A stretch of 49,002 bases of DNA, taken from positions 1 through 49,002 of the forward strand of contig JACRFN010000042.1 of the NCBI GenBank assembly GCA_016217875.1, written 5' to 3'. The notes below the pieces were generated by a model. That model was given only the letters and a program-made list of their open reading frames with translations, ran no database searches and was not told where the DNA came from. This stretch comes from Candidatus Kerfeldbacteria bacterium (GTDB lineage Bacteria > Patescibacteriota > Patescibacteriia > Veblenbacterales > UBA10138). Below are positions 6,898 to 16,291 of this stretch, piece after piece; within the stretch, counting starts at the first letter, position 1, and each line of letters starts with the position of its first letter. Made by a program: the position numbers and the translations under genes.

Positions 6898-9462
6898 ATG
6901 AAAAAAAATGATGTATCACAACTAGTAACCCTTACGCTGGCTGAAGCCATTACAGAGAGTGCTAGCCGGATTGGAAGTAAGGTACTCAGGTTAGCTCAGC
7001 TCGCGAAACAAGGCTACGCGGTTCCGCCAGCTGTCATACTGCCCGCTGATACTGTGGCCACGCTCTGGCGTGGTGATAGGGTGGAAGTGCCAAATTGCGT
7101 TCTGGACGTCACTTGGCAGCGCTGTCAGAAGCTCCTCGGTCCCGGACCGCTGATAGTTAGGAGTAGTGGTCGTGAAGATGGTGAGACCTTATCCTTCGCT
7201 GGGCAGTTTGACTCGGTGCCAAACGTTGGCAATAAAGACGAACTACAGCGTGCACTAATAGCATGCATTTCATCATCTCGCTCTAGTGGTTCACGTCTCT
7301 ATAACGAGGCAGCTGGTACCATAGAGGTGGGTAATTCGTTTGCCGTTATGATTATGCCGCAGCGTCAGTGTGTTTTTGCCGGCATTATGTTTTCCCAGAT
7401 GCACTTGAACGGCGACGGTACGCGATTCGTCGTAGTACAGCTGGCGCGTGGGGCTAACTTTGGTCTCACGAGCGGTACGGAGGTCGGTGATATTGTTTAT
7501 CTGGAGCGAGAAACCGGGCGTGTAGTTTGGAGTATTCCCGATAATCGTACAGTGTCGGAGTGCAGCGACTCGAAACTTGCCGAACTCTACCGTCTAGCCT
7601 GCAATTTGGAAAGATTTTTCGGATTTGGGGTCGATGTGGAGTGGGGCACTTTACCCGATGGTACCGTGGAAATTTTCCAGACTCGTCCGATTACCACTAA
7701 GGGTGGGGCTAGTTCATCAGATTTGCGTTTAAGGGTGATTCTTCAGACGTTAAGCAAGATGAGTGATTCAGTTAATAAGCTGCACCAGTGTGGTGTTAAT
7801 GTCGGTGGTAACTACTGGAGCGACCAGAATATTGCCGAGCTCATTACTGATCACCCTTCTCGTATGGCTTTCGGGGTGTTTACCCACATATTTGCCCATG
7901 GCCAAGGCGCGATACGTACTGGCCGAAACCAAATGGGGTATGACATCGGACAGGAACTGGAGGAAGGGTTCTTTGAGCTCATTGGTGGTCGGCCACGTTG
8001 CAGTATTGCCCATGACGCTCTGACGTATCGTATTGATGGTATATCACTGGAAGACTACGCCGTAGGCTTTGTCGGCAGGTACTTAGCAAGTATTACTAAC
8101 GATATCCAGCTGGCTAACTACCCGGAAGTGGTCCTGTATGATCAGAATCCGTCGCTTCAGTCCCTAATTAAGGAGTTTGGCGAAGAGAAGGGGATGATTT
8201 ATGCGGCGTGCTATGATACATTCTTTACCAATATCCGTGACTTGGAAACGAGTATAGCAGAGGAATTCACTGGTTCGTTTGAGCCTGGGTTTCGGAGTTA
8301 CATGGATGAACGGCGTCGGGCGGTTGCCAGCTTAGTGGCAGGCTCCAACACGACCGATTTGGTGACGGTCAGTAAGGAAATTCTGGAGCATCTCCGAACG
8401 GTCAGCTGTGTTATGTTCGTGAAGGTCGCCCGACTCGGTTTCTTCGCTTATGCTCGTTTACGCCGTAGGCTTGAAGGCGCTTTTGGAGAAGCTGAAGGCC
8501 GCTCTCGACTCGATCAAATGACAGCGGGCTTAGAGGATGACGCCTCAATGCTCTTCAATGTACGTTTGGCAGATTTTCGGGACGGCAGAATAAGTCTAAG
8601 CCAACTACTTGATGAGTTCGGGCACTTGGGTCCAAATGAACTTGAGATTGCAAATCCGCGATACCGCAATCACGTCAATCTCATTGAACAGCTCGCGGCT
8701 AGCATCCAAGGTAATCCAGCAAGTGAACTCCGTCACCGTGCAAGTCAAGCTAGCCAGGTTACGCAGGAAACAGTAACGGCATTTGACGCCGAAGGTGCGC
8801 AAGAACTACAGCGCGATCTGGCTGTTGCGCGACGTTACTTGGCCTTACGGGAACGAGTTAAGTACTTCTATCTCATGGAGTATGACTGCTTCCGCCAGGT
8901 TTTGACCCACTTGACCGGGCTCCTCGGTATTGAAGAATACCTTATCTTTGAACTCGATCCGCGAGAGCTAAATCTTGTGGTAAGTGATCCCGCTGGGGCA
9001 ATTTCGCTCATGCGTGATCGTTACCAGGAGCGTACTCTGGTATACCATATGTATGTTCCACCAGTTCTTTCACAAGAGAACGTGGGGGCTATCGGTAGAG
9101 AGTCGTACGATCCGGAAGCCAAAGTGCTGATGGGTATCGGAGTGACTACACTGGTAACTACTGGCAGGGCCATTGTGGTGCTTGACCCGCAGGATACGGA
9201 TAAGATCTCACAGCTTGTGCCGGGATGTGTTCTAGTCACTAAGACAACTGATCCGACATGGGCTCCCATTATCGCAGCTGTTGGGGGCAATGGAGCATTG
9301 GTTACTGAAATTGGTGGACCGCTGGCTCACGGCGCTATTGTTGCTCGTGATTTGGGTATCGCCTGTGTGCAGAACGTTCCCGGCGTCACCAAGCGCTTCA
9401 GAACCGGAGACCTCATTCAGGTTGACGGTAAACACGGGACAGTAACTCTCGTGGAGGGGTAG
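6898..9462 (+). CDS. PEP-utilizing-family phosphotransferase with rifampin-phosphotransferase-like architecture (N-terminal ATP-grasp, large central domain, C-terminal swivel-His domain)
   Basis: RBS AAGGAG lies 7 nt upstream. The N-terminal block is GSKVLRLAQLAKQGYAVPP..RSSGREDGETLSFAGQFDSV (PPDK_N type). The C-terminal block is TTDPTWAPII..EIGGPLAHGAIVARDLGIACV (mobile phospho-His domain). At 854 aa it has no C-terminal PEP/pyruvate TIM-barrel domain. Confidence 0.8.
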   Translation: MKKNDVSQLVTLTLAEAITESASRIGSKVLRLAQLAKQGYAVPPAVILPADTVATLWRGDRVEVPNCVLDVTWQRCQKLLGPGPLIVRSSGREDGETLSFAGQFDSVPNVGNKDELQRALIACISSSRSSGSRLYNEAAGTIEVGNSFAVMIMPQRQCVFAGIMFSQMHLNGDGTRFVVVQLARGANFGLTSGTEVGDIVYLERETGRVVWSIPDNRTVSECSDSKLAELYRLACNLERFFGFGVDVEWGTLPDGTVEIFQTRPITTKGGASSSDLRLRVILQTLSKMSDSVNKLHQCGVNVGGNYWSDQNIAELITDHPSRMAFGVFTHIFAHGQGAIRTGRNQMGYDIGQELEEGFFELIGGRPRCSIAHDALTYRIDGISLEDYAVGFVGRYLASITNDIQLANYPEVVLYDQNPSLQSLIKEFGEEKGMIYAACYDTFFTNIRDLETSIAEEFTGSFEPGFRSYMDERRRAVASLVAGSNTTDLVTVSKEILEHLRTVSCVMFVKVARLGFFAYARLRRRLEGAFGEAEGRSRLDQMTAGLEDDASMLFNVRLADFRDGRISLSQLLDEFGHLGPNELEIANPRYRNHVNLIEQLAASIQGNPASELRHRASQASQVTQETVTAFDAEGAQELQRDLAVARRYLALRERVKYFYLMEYDCFRQVLTHLTGLLGIEEYLIFELDPRELNLVVSDPAGAISLMRDRYQERTLVYHMYVPPVLSQENVGAIGRESYDPEAKVLMGIGVTTLVTTGRAIVVLDPQDTDKISQLVPGCVLVTKTTDPTWAPIIAAVGGNGALVTEIGGPLAHGAIVARDLGIACVQNVPGVTKRFRTGDLIQVDGKHGTVTLVEG

Positions 9463-9501
9463 CTATGGCGTGGTAGCTTAGTACAAAAAGAATAACATCA
9501 A

Positions 9502-9535
9502 AGAGGGAGTTATAACACATAGCCCCCTCTTTTTT
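9502..9535 (+). terminator. Intrinsic terminator after the 854-aa gene
   Basis: Stem AGAGGG (9502-9507) pairs with CCCTCT (9525-9530), followed by TTTTT. Confidence 0.55.
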
Positions 9536-9588
9536 AATATGTTGTTTTTTGATACCATTGACATAACATACCTACCCAAAAGCATCAT

Positions 9589-10275
9589 ATGTCCGACCCT
9601 GAGTTTTTCTTCATTCGACACGGCCAGCTTGTTCCGCCGTATCTCGATCACTTGAAAATGGACTACCAAACGTTGGTAGAGCTCTCTACCGGCGTACTTG
9701 ACCCTGGCATAAATCAGAATGCATCTGAACTCTTTTCCCGTCAGGCTGCTGAGGTTGATTTCTCTAGCGTGCGGCATGTTTACTACAATAGTTCCGGTAT
9801 ATCTTCACGGCGATCCCTGGAGTCTGCTCGCTGTATTATCGCTAACCTGCGGCAGCTGTCCGGGGGTGCCATTACCCTTCGTGGTTTGCCTGAAATTCGG
9901 GAAGTACGTTTTGATGTCAGCGGGTTACTAAGTGAGTATGAGTTTAGCCAGCGTGGCATGGCCGCCATACGGGCCGCGCTCTACCTGGCTGCATTTCAGG
10001 GTGGAGCCGCGGAGCCTACAGCCGAAATAGCAAAGCGCATCGGTGTTCTTCATAAGGTTGTGGAGGAGCATGCCAGCAAAGGGGAGAGTGTCTTATTCGT
10101 AACACATGACTTTTTTATGCGGTTCCTTGAGGTATACATAACGAGAGCGGAGCGCCTAAAGGAGGTTCATATAACCGACTTGGACAACACTTCACTAAAT
10201 TATTATTTCGGCGGTTTTAGGAGCGATGGTTTATTGTGGACGTTGATGAGGTGGGGCGATCCGGTAAATCACTGA
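9589..10275 (+). CDS. Histidine phosphatase superfamily (phosphoglycerate-mutase-like) protein
   Basis: An N-terminal FFFIRHGQ (RHG catalytic motif) and a later VTHDFF (second His). Confidence 0.7.
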   Translation: MSDPEFFFIRHGQLVPPYLDHLKMDYQTLVELSTGVLDPGINQNASELFSRQAAEVDFSSVRHVYYNSSGISSRRSLESARCIIANLRQLSGGAITLRGLPEIREVRFDVSGLLSEYEFSQRGMAAIRAALYLAAFQGGAAEPTAEIAKRIGVLHKVVEEHASKGESVLFVTHDFFMRFLEVYITRAERLKEVHITDLDNTSLNYYFGGFRSDGLLWTLMRWGDPVNH

Positions 10276-10579
10276 TAAAACAGAATCTAACCATCGCCGC
10301 CCTATTTGGGGGCGTAACAACAAACGTTAGTCTCAGCAAAATCGAGATTGGCACTTTTTCTTTTTGGTTTGATGAATCATTTTAGCCATTAAGCCTAGCT
10401 GTTCCAGCAATTTGACAAAAACTTCCATACTTCCCAGTATCAAAGTTTTTTCTATTTTTAAAGAAGAGATAATTTTAAAGCATTGGTTCTTGAGAACAAA
10501 AACTCTGTAGAACCAACGCCTTTTTCTTTTGTTTACGGCCTAGGAATAACCAGCGAAAAATGGTAAAATTAACTGTGTT

Positions 10580-11590
10580 ATGCGCCTGTTTATCGGTTTG
10601 GAACTGCCACCTGCCCTGCGCCTGGAGATTGAGCGTTTAAAAACCTCGTTTGAGTCCTTGGGTTATATCCGCGGCAAGTGGGTGGAGGTTTATAATCTTC
10701 ATCTGACTCTGGGGTTTTTGGGCGAGGTGGGGGAGGAGCTATTGACTAAACTTACATACTCTTTGGAGCAGGTAGCGGCCACTGTTCCGGCCTTTAAAAC
10801 AAAGCTTACGGGACTCGTTGGCATACCGCCGCGCCAGCCGCGTATCCTGGCTTTAGCCTCTGACGCTAAAGGGTCGTTCTACGCCCTGCAACAAAAACTT
10901 ACCTTGGCCTGCTCTAAGGTAGGTCTAAACTTGTCAGCCAAAGCGACACACCTGACTTTGGTGAGACTAAAGGTCCCGCTATACAAAATGCCGCCTTCGG
11001 CCTGGAAACCAGCTGACCTCTTTGTGGCCCAATTTAGTCTTATGCAAAGTACTTTAACCCCAAAAGGGCCTGTTTATAAGCCCCTTAGAGCCTTTAAATT
11101 GGCCCTAGGAGCCCAGCAGACTAAATTTCGGCCTAGTGTAGCTGTTTGCGTAATAAATCCCCAAAATGAGGTTATTTTAATCTGGCGCAGTGAAAACCGC
11201 CCCCATGACCTGGGCTTCCCCCAAGGCGGCATTAACCCTGGTGAAACTGCCGAGGCAGCAGCCAAACGTGAACTTAAAGAAGAGCTTGGTCTGGAGCAAG
11301 TTACGGTGCTTGGGGTACGGGATCGCATTTACACTTACCGTTGGCCCAAGGGTTTGATCAAATATGGCAAGGATGCCGACAAACGCGGCTACTTGGGCCA
11401 GGAACAAAGCCTGGTTATTGTCCGCCTGAAAGAACTTAGGCCTGAGCTTAAACCCGACCCGCTGGAAGCCGCTGTCGTACGTTGGGTGCCGCTAGACAAA
11501 TTGCTGGCCAGCTTAAAACCCAAGCGCCGAGCCTTAGGACGTTTAGTTATGGTAGAATTAAACAAGCTAGGAATAAGCCCTAAACCTTAA
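10580..11590 (+). CDS. Fusion protein: 2H phosphoesterase (ThpR/LigT-like) N-terminal domain plus Nudix hydrolase C-terminal domain
   Basis: Two HxT motifs (NLHLTLGFLG and ATHLTLVRL) in the first ~180 aa. A Nudix box GGINPGETAEAAAKRELKEELGL lies in the C-terminal half. Confidence 0.75.
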   Translation: MRLFIGLELPPALRLEIERLKTSFESLGYIRGKWVEVYNLHLTLGFLGEVGEELLTKLTYSLEQVAATVPAFKTKLTGLVGIPPRQPRILALASDAKGSFYALQQKLTLACSKVGLNLSAKATHLTLVRLKVPLYKMPPSAWKPADLFVAQFSLMQSTLTPKGPVYKPLRAFKLALGAQQTKFRPSVAVCVINPQNEVILIWRSENRPHDLGFPQGGINPGETAEAAAKRELKEELGLEQVTVLGVRDRIYTYRWPKGLIKYGKDADKRGYLGQEQSLVIVRLKELRPELKPDPLEAAVVRWVPLDKLLASLKPKRRALGRLVMVELNKLGISPKP

Positions 11591-11780
11591 GCCATAATTT
11601 CTAATGTCTAAATAATTTCCAAACCCCTGCCTGCCGGCAGGCAGGCCAAATCCCAAGTTCCAATAAAACCGCAATCTCTAATTTTAAAAATTTGAACTTG
11701 GAATTTTATTGGGATTTTGAGCTTGGACATTGGGATTTATTTTAGGAATTAGGAATTATAAATTTTAAATTTTTATTATT

Positions 11781-13232
11781 ATGGTTCGTGTTCGTTTCGC
11801 CCCATCACCGACCGGCGAGCTCCACATTGGTGGAGCCAGAACCGCTTTGTATAATTATCTTTTTGCCAAACAGCAAGGCGGACAATTTATTATCCGCATT
11901 GAAGACACTGACCAGGAACGGTTTGTAGCCGGCAGTCTGGAGCGCATTCTCCAAGGACTCAAATGGCTGGGTCTTACTTGGGAAGAGGGGCCTGACGTCG
12001 GCGGCAGCAACGGTCCCTATGTTCAATCTGAGCGCCTGTCCATTTACCAAGAACAGGCTCGCGAGTTGGTGAAGAAGGGCAGCGCCTACTATTGTTTTTG
12101 CTCTACTGAGCGTTTGGGGGAACTGAGAAAATCACAAGAAGCGCAAAAACTTCCCACCCGTTACGACCGCGCTTGTTTTAATTTAGACGCCGAGGAGGTG
12201 GCGGCCCGCTTGGCTAGGGGAGAGAAGGCCACCATCCGGCTCAAAATCCCAGGCGGTACTACTCAGTTCACCGATTTAGTCCACGGACTGATAAAAGTAG
12301 CCAATAACACGCTCGACGACCAGGTGCTGTTAAAGTCGGATGGTTTCCCCACTTATCACTTAGCCTGCGTGGTGGACGACCATTTGATGGGCATCAGCCA
12401 CATCATTCGCGGTGAAGAGTGGCTACCGTCGGCGCCGAAGCACGTTATACTTTACCAGGCCCTGGGTTGGGAACCGCCGCAATTTGCCCACCTGCCTAAC
12501 GTGCTTAATGAACAGCGCGCCAAACTTTCTAAACGTAAAGACGGGGAGGCGGTCTGGCTACAAACATACCAAAACCAAGGATACCTGCCTCAGGCCATGG
12601 TAAATTTTCTGGTGCTATTGGGTTGGCATCCCCAGGACGATAGAGAGATTTTTAGTCTAGCAGAGCTTAGCCAAATTTTTGAGCTGGAGCGTGTACAAAA
12701 AGGCGGAGCGATTTTCAATTTTAGAAAACTAAACTGGTTCAATGCCGAGTATATAAAAAAACTGCCGCTAGTTGAACTTAATCAACTGCTCCAGCCTTAC
12801 TATCAAAAAATCAATGGAGCAGAAGCAGCCAACAAAGACACGACTAAACTGACGGAGGTGCTACGTTCGCGTCTGGTCACCTTAGCAGACTCCATTGAAC
12901 AAGCTGGCTGGTATTTCGCCCAAGAACTTGCCTTAACTCCTGATTTGCTCACAACTAAAGGAAGCACGGCCGCCAAAGCCAAGGCGGCACAACTTGCGGC
13001 CACGGCCAGTTTAGCTGAAGTAGGGGAGTGGCAAATTACTGAACTAAAGCAAGCTATGGCCAAAATCAACTCGGCTGGAGAATTTACGCGCGGCGAACTG
13101 CTTTGGCCAGTGCGCGTGGCCCTTACTGGCCAGCGTCAATCACCTGATGTCTTTGAGGTGGCCTGGGCCTTGGGAAAAAACGAAACGCTTAAACGTTTAA
13201 ACTATGCGTCAAAGGTCTTGGCTGCCGAATAG
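11781..13232 (+). CDS. gltX: Glutamyl-tRNA synthetase
   Basis: RFAPSPTGELHIGGARTALYNY (HIGH region) and KLSKR (KMSKS-type), in a 483-aa protein. Confidence 0.92.
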   Translation: MVRVRFAPSPTGELHIGGARTALYNYLFAKQQGGQFIIRIEDTDQERFVAGSLERILQGLKWLGLTWEEGPDVGGSNGPYVQSERLSIYQEQARELVKKGSAYYCFCSTERLGELRKSQEAQKLPTRYDRACFNLDAEEVAARLARGEKATIRLKIPGGTTQFTDLVHGLIKVANNTLDDQVLLKSDGFPTYHLACVVDDHLMGISHIIRGEEWLPSAPKHVILYQALGWEPPQFAHLPNVLNEQRAKLSKRKDGEAVWLQTYQNQGYLPQAMVNFLVLLGWHPQDDREIFSLAELSQIFELERVQKGGAIFNFRKLNWFNAEYIKKLPLVELNQLLQPYYQKINGAEAANKDTTKLTEVLRSRLVTLADSIEQAGWYFAQELALTPDLLTTKGSTAAKAKAAQLAATASLAEVGEWQITELKQAMAKINSAGEFTRGELLWPVRVALTGQRQSPDVFEVAWALGKNETLKRLNYASKVLAAE

Positions 13233-14439
13233 TTTTAGACTGACTAAGCGAACTATTTGCTGGCTGGTGCTGTTGTTTTTGCTCTGGTCTAATTTGGCCG
13301 CGGCGGCGGACACGGTGACTGACATCAATAATCAGATTCAAGACAAACAACAGCGCCTGACTGAACTCAAAAAGCAAATTGAGGCTTATCAAAACGCCAT
13401 AGTGACCAAACAAATCCAGGCTTCCACTCTCAAAAAGCAATTATCGGTGCTTGATGACAAAACCGCCAAAGCTGAATTAGACATCAAAGCCAACGAACTC
13501 AAGCTGAACACGGCCACCCTGCAAATCCAAGCAGTTACTTTGGATATCGGCCGGCGTAACCAAGAAATCTCCGACAAAAAAAGTCAGATAGCCGAGCTCC
13601 TCAGGCAAATCAACCAGGCTGACCGTTGGAGTATGCTGGAAATTTTCGTGCTCAACTCTAGTTTGGGACAGTTTTTTGAACAACTGGCTTACCTAGAGGC
13701 CCTACAAGGCAAACTTCAGCAAAACATCAATGACATGCAAAAGTTAAAAACCGAACTTGAACGCCATCAACAGGACCTGGCTTTGCTGCGTACCGAGTTA
13801 GTGCGGCAAAAAGAAGAATTGGAGCTGGCCAAGAGCACCCTTAAGACTGATCAGGAAACTAAACAAAACCTTTTGCTGCAAACCAAACAATCCGAAAGCA
13901 AATTCCAAACCCTATTGTTTCAGGCCCAAGAAGAGCAAGAAAAGGCCAACCGCGATATTCAATCGCTTGAGCAGCAGATCAGGCAACGACTCAAGCAAAT
14001 GGGGCCCTCGGGCCTAAATCAGCTTAATGACAGCACACTCATTTGGCCCGTGGCACCGACTCGCGGCATATCTACTTACTTCTACGACCCCACTTACATT
14101 TTCCGCCGTTACTTCGAACACCCGGGTATTGATATACCGCGGCCGCAAGGGAGCGACATCAAGGCCGCGGCCTCGGGTTATGTGGCGCGCGCTAAAGACG
14201 CAGGGCTGGGTTACAGTTATATAATGTTGGTCCATAAAGGCGGAATTTCCACGGTTTACGGACATGTCAGCTGGATTGATGTGACAGAGGACACTTTTGT
14301 CACCAAAGGCCAGGTCATAGGCGGCGTCGGAGGCCTGCCTGGTACTCGCGGCGCTGGTCGGCTAACCACCGGCCCTCACCTCCACTTTGAGGTTCGCTCC
14401 AACGGTATACCGGTTAACCCACTGGATTATTTGCCGTAA
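13204..14439 (+). CDS. M23 family metallopeptidase with a long N-terminal coiled coil (EnvC-like murein hydrolase or activator)
   Basis: An N-terminal signal/TM segment, a Q/E/K/L-rich coiled coil, and C-terminal FEHPGIDI and TGPHLHFEVR motifs. The 5' end overlaps gltX by 29 nt, so the true start may be internal. Confidence 0.8.
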   Translation: MRQRSWLPNSFRLTKRTICWLVLLFLLWSNLAAAADTVTDINNQIQDKQQRLTELKKQIEAYQNAIVTKQIQASTLKKQLSVLDDKTAKAELDIKANELKLNTATLQIQAVTLDIGRRNQEISDKKSQIAELLRQINQADRWSMLEIFVLNSSLGQFFEQLAYLEALQGKLQQNINDMQKLKTELERHQQDLALLRTELVRQKEELELAKSTLKTDQETKQNLLLQTKQSESKFQTLLFQAQEEQEKANRDIQSLEQQIRQRLKQMGPSGLNQLNDSTLIWPVAPTRGISTYFYDPTYIFRRYFEHPGIDIPRPQGSDIKAAASGYVARAKDAGLGYSYIMLVHKGGISTVYGHVSWIDVTEDTFVTKGQVIGGVGGLPGTRGAGRLTTGPHLHFEVRSNGIPVNPLDYLP

Positions 14440-14552
14440 ATCATTTGAATTATGAATTAAGAATCGAGAATAAATTTTAATTCACGATTCGTGATTCTAT
14501 ATTCTAATTTGAAATTAAACGCCAACTAAGAGTTCAACAATCTACACCTCTC

Positions 14553-15803
14553 ATGATGCGGAAACTCCACGCCTTTGTAAAAAAACTCGGGCCCGGCCTT
14601 ATCACCGGTGCCTCGGACGATGATCCGTCAGGCATTCTGACCTACCTGCAGGCTGGTACAGTAATGGGGCTTAAAAGTCTTTGGACAGCGCTTTTTACCC
14701 TGCCTTTGATGTATGGCATCCAGGAAATGTGTGCGCGCATTGGTTTGCAGACTGACCATGGGCTGATGCGGCTCATCAAACAGCGCTATTCCAAATACGT
14801 TCTTTACCTTGTGGCTTTAGTATCGACCGTGGTTATCACGGTCAATATCGGTGCCGATCTGTCGGCTATGGGCGTGGTGATAAAAGACATGGTGGGCGGC
14901 AATAGGCTTATGTGGCTAGCATTATTCGCCGCCGTTATTATCTTCAGCACCATTAAACTTTCCTATCACAAACTCGCCCGTGTGCTTAAGTGGCTCACCT
15001 TATCGCTCTTTTGCTATGTACTGACAGTATTCTTTATTAAGATAGATTGGCTGGAGGCCCTGCGCGCCACTTTTACCATTTCACTCGACTGGTCAAAGGA
15101 AAACATTATGTTAATAGCCGCCATACTCGGCACCACCATCTCGCCTTATCTTTTCTTTTGGCAAGCCAATGAAGAGGCGGAAGAGCGTGATGAAACAATT
15201 AGTAATCACCACCTCAAACGTTTCATTGTCACCAAACACGAATTAAAAATGCTGAAAGAGGACGTCTTTTGGGGCATGCTATTCTCCAACCTGGTAACCT
15301 GGTTCATTATCGTGGGCGCTAGCCGCCTAAGCTCTCTTTATGGCGTAAGTGAAATTACCAGCTTCAGCCAGGCGGCTCTGGTTCTAAAACCGCTACTGGG
15401 GCCGGCGGCTTACTTTATGTTCGCCCTGGGCATCATCGGTACCGGTCTTTTAGCCATACCGGTGCTGGCCGGCAGTGTAGGCTACATAATTGCCGAAGTA
15501 TTCGGCTGGAGTGAGGGTATGAGCAAAACTTTCCGCCAAGCCGAAGGATTTTACATCGCCATAGCTAGCGCCACTCTGCTCGGCGTGGCCATTAACTTCC
15601 TGAATATCGACCCGGTCCAGCTGCTTATCTACGCTGCCGTGCTCTACACCATCATTACGCCGCCCTTGATTTACTTTATCCTGCGGCTGGCTAATGATAA
15701 AAAGTTGATGGGCCATCACGCAAATTCCTGGGCCTCTAATGCCTTGGGCACGCTGACCTTGGTCGTTATGATCACGGCGGCGGCGGCCTACCTTTTGTCA
15801 TAA
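14553..15803 (+). CDS. NRAMP-family divalent metal cation transporter
   Basis: GPGLITGASDDDPSGILTY N-terminal signature, about 11 hydrophobic segments, 416 aa. Confidence 0.75.
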   Translation: MMRKLHAFVKKLGPGLITGASDDDPSGILTYLQAGTVMGLKSLWTALFTLPLMYGIQEMCARIGLQTDHGLMRLIKQRYSKYVLYLVALVSTVVITVNIGADLSAMGVVIKDMVGGNRLMWLALFAAVIIFSTIKLSYHKLARVLKWLTLSLFCYVLTVFFIKIDWLEALRATFTISLDWSKENIMLIAAILGTTISPYLFFWQANEEAEERDETISNHHLKRFIVTKHELKMLKEDVFWGMLFSNLVTWFIIVGASRLSSLYGVSEITSFSQAALVLKPLLGPAAYFMFALGIIGTGLLAIPVLAGSVGYIIAEVFGWSEGMSKTFRQAEGFYIAIASATLLGVAINFLNIDPVQLLIYAAVLYTIITPPLIYFILRLANDKKLMGHHANSWASNALGTLTLVVMITAAAAYLLS

Positions 15804-15830
15804 AAAATAACCCCTCACAAAGCGGAGGGG
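15802..15830 (-). terminator. Hairpin plus T-tract terminator for the minus-strand gene 15855-16154 (possibly bidirectional)
   Basis: CCCCTC (15811-15816) pairs with GAGGGG (15825-15830). On the minus strand it is followed by TTATTTTTT. Confidence 0.55.
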
Positions 15831-15854
15831 TGTGGATCTGTTTATCTATGCTTT

Positions 15855-16154
15855 TTAAGCTGGGGCTTTGGTAACCAGGAGCTCAGAAATAACTTTCTTA
15901 CCCGGCGGAACAGGTGTCCCTTCGGCTACCCAGACGAATTGCTCCAAACCACGTTCGGAAAAACGCCTGGCCACCACAGCTATTACCCTGCCCTCGCTTA
16001 AAACCACACTCTCTTTGGGCAGCAACACAAAAGGAGAATAAACCAGATCCGTGGTGGTACGAACGGCTATGGCGGGCTGTTGGTCCTCGGGTAAACTAAG
16101 CAGTCTCAACAGCTCCTGACCAATGCCGGCACCTGTTAACCTAGCCAAGCCCAT
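15855..16154 (-). CDS. Hypothetical protein (99 aa)
   Basis: An ORF of plausible length with its own terminator. I recognise no motif. Confidence 0.4.
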   Translation of the reverse strand: MGLARLTGAGIGQELLRLLSLPEDQQPAIAVRTTTDLVYSPFVLLPKESVVLSEGRVIAVVARRFSERGLEQFVWVAEGTPVPPGKKVISELLVTKAPA

Positions 16155-16291
16155 ATTGTTTTAATCCTCCTGTTTATTTTCCACTCACCAAAAAACGGCA
16201 ATGTTAGGAGTTTAAATCAAATCCAGCCGCCGGTCAATCACTACTAGCCTAGAACCTAAACCGCCCTTTCTGCTATACTTGAATTAATTCC

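Noticed and set aside
6563-6950. Minus-strand ORFs 6563-6760 (65 aa) and 6606-6950 (114 aa) from the ORF track
   Set aside because: They lie antisense across the T-box leader and the start of the 854-aa gene. They have no RBS or recognisable motifs. The region is fully explained by the riboswitch structure.
10276-10579. 304-nt gene-free gap after the phosphatase gene, including a 31-codon minus-strand ORF (MEVFVKLLEQLGLMAKMIHQTKKKKCQSRFC) and a hairpin TTGGTTCT...AGAACCAA followed by a T-rich tract
   Set aside because: The small ORF has no convincing RBS, and I recognise no similarity. The hairpin may be a weak terminator. Nothing here is strong enough to call, beyond noting the gap as a possible island boundary.
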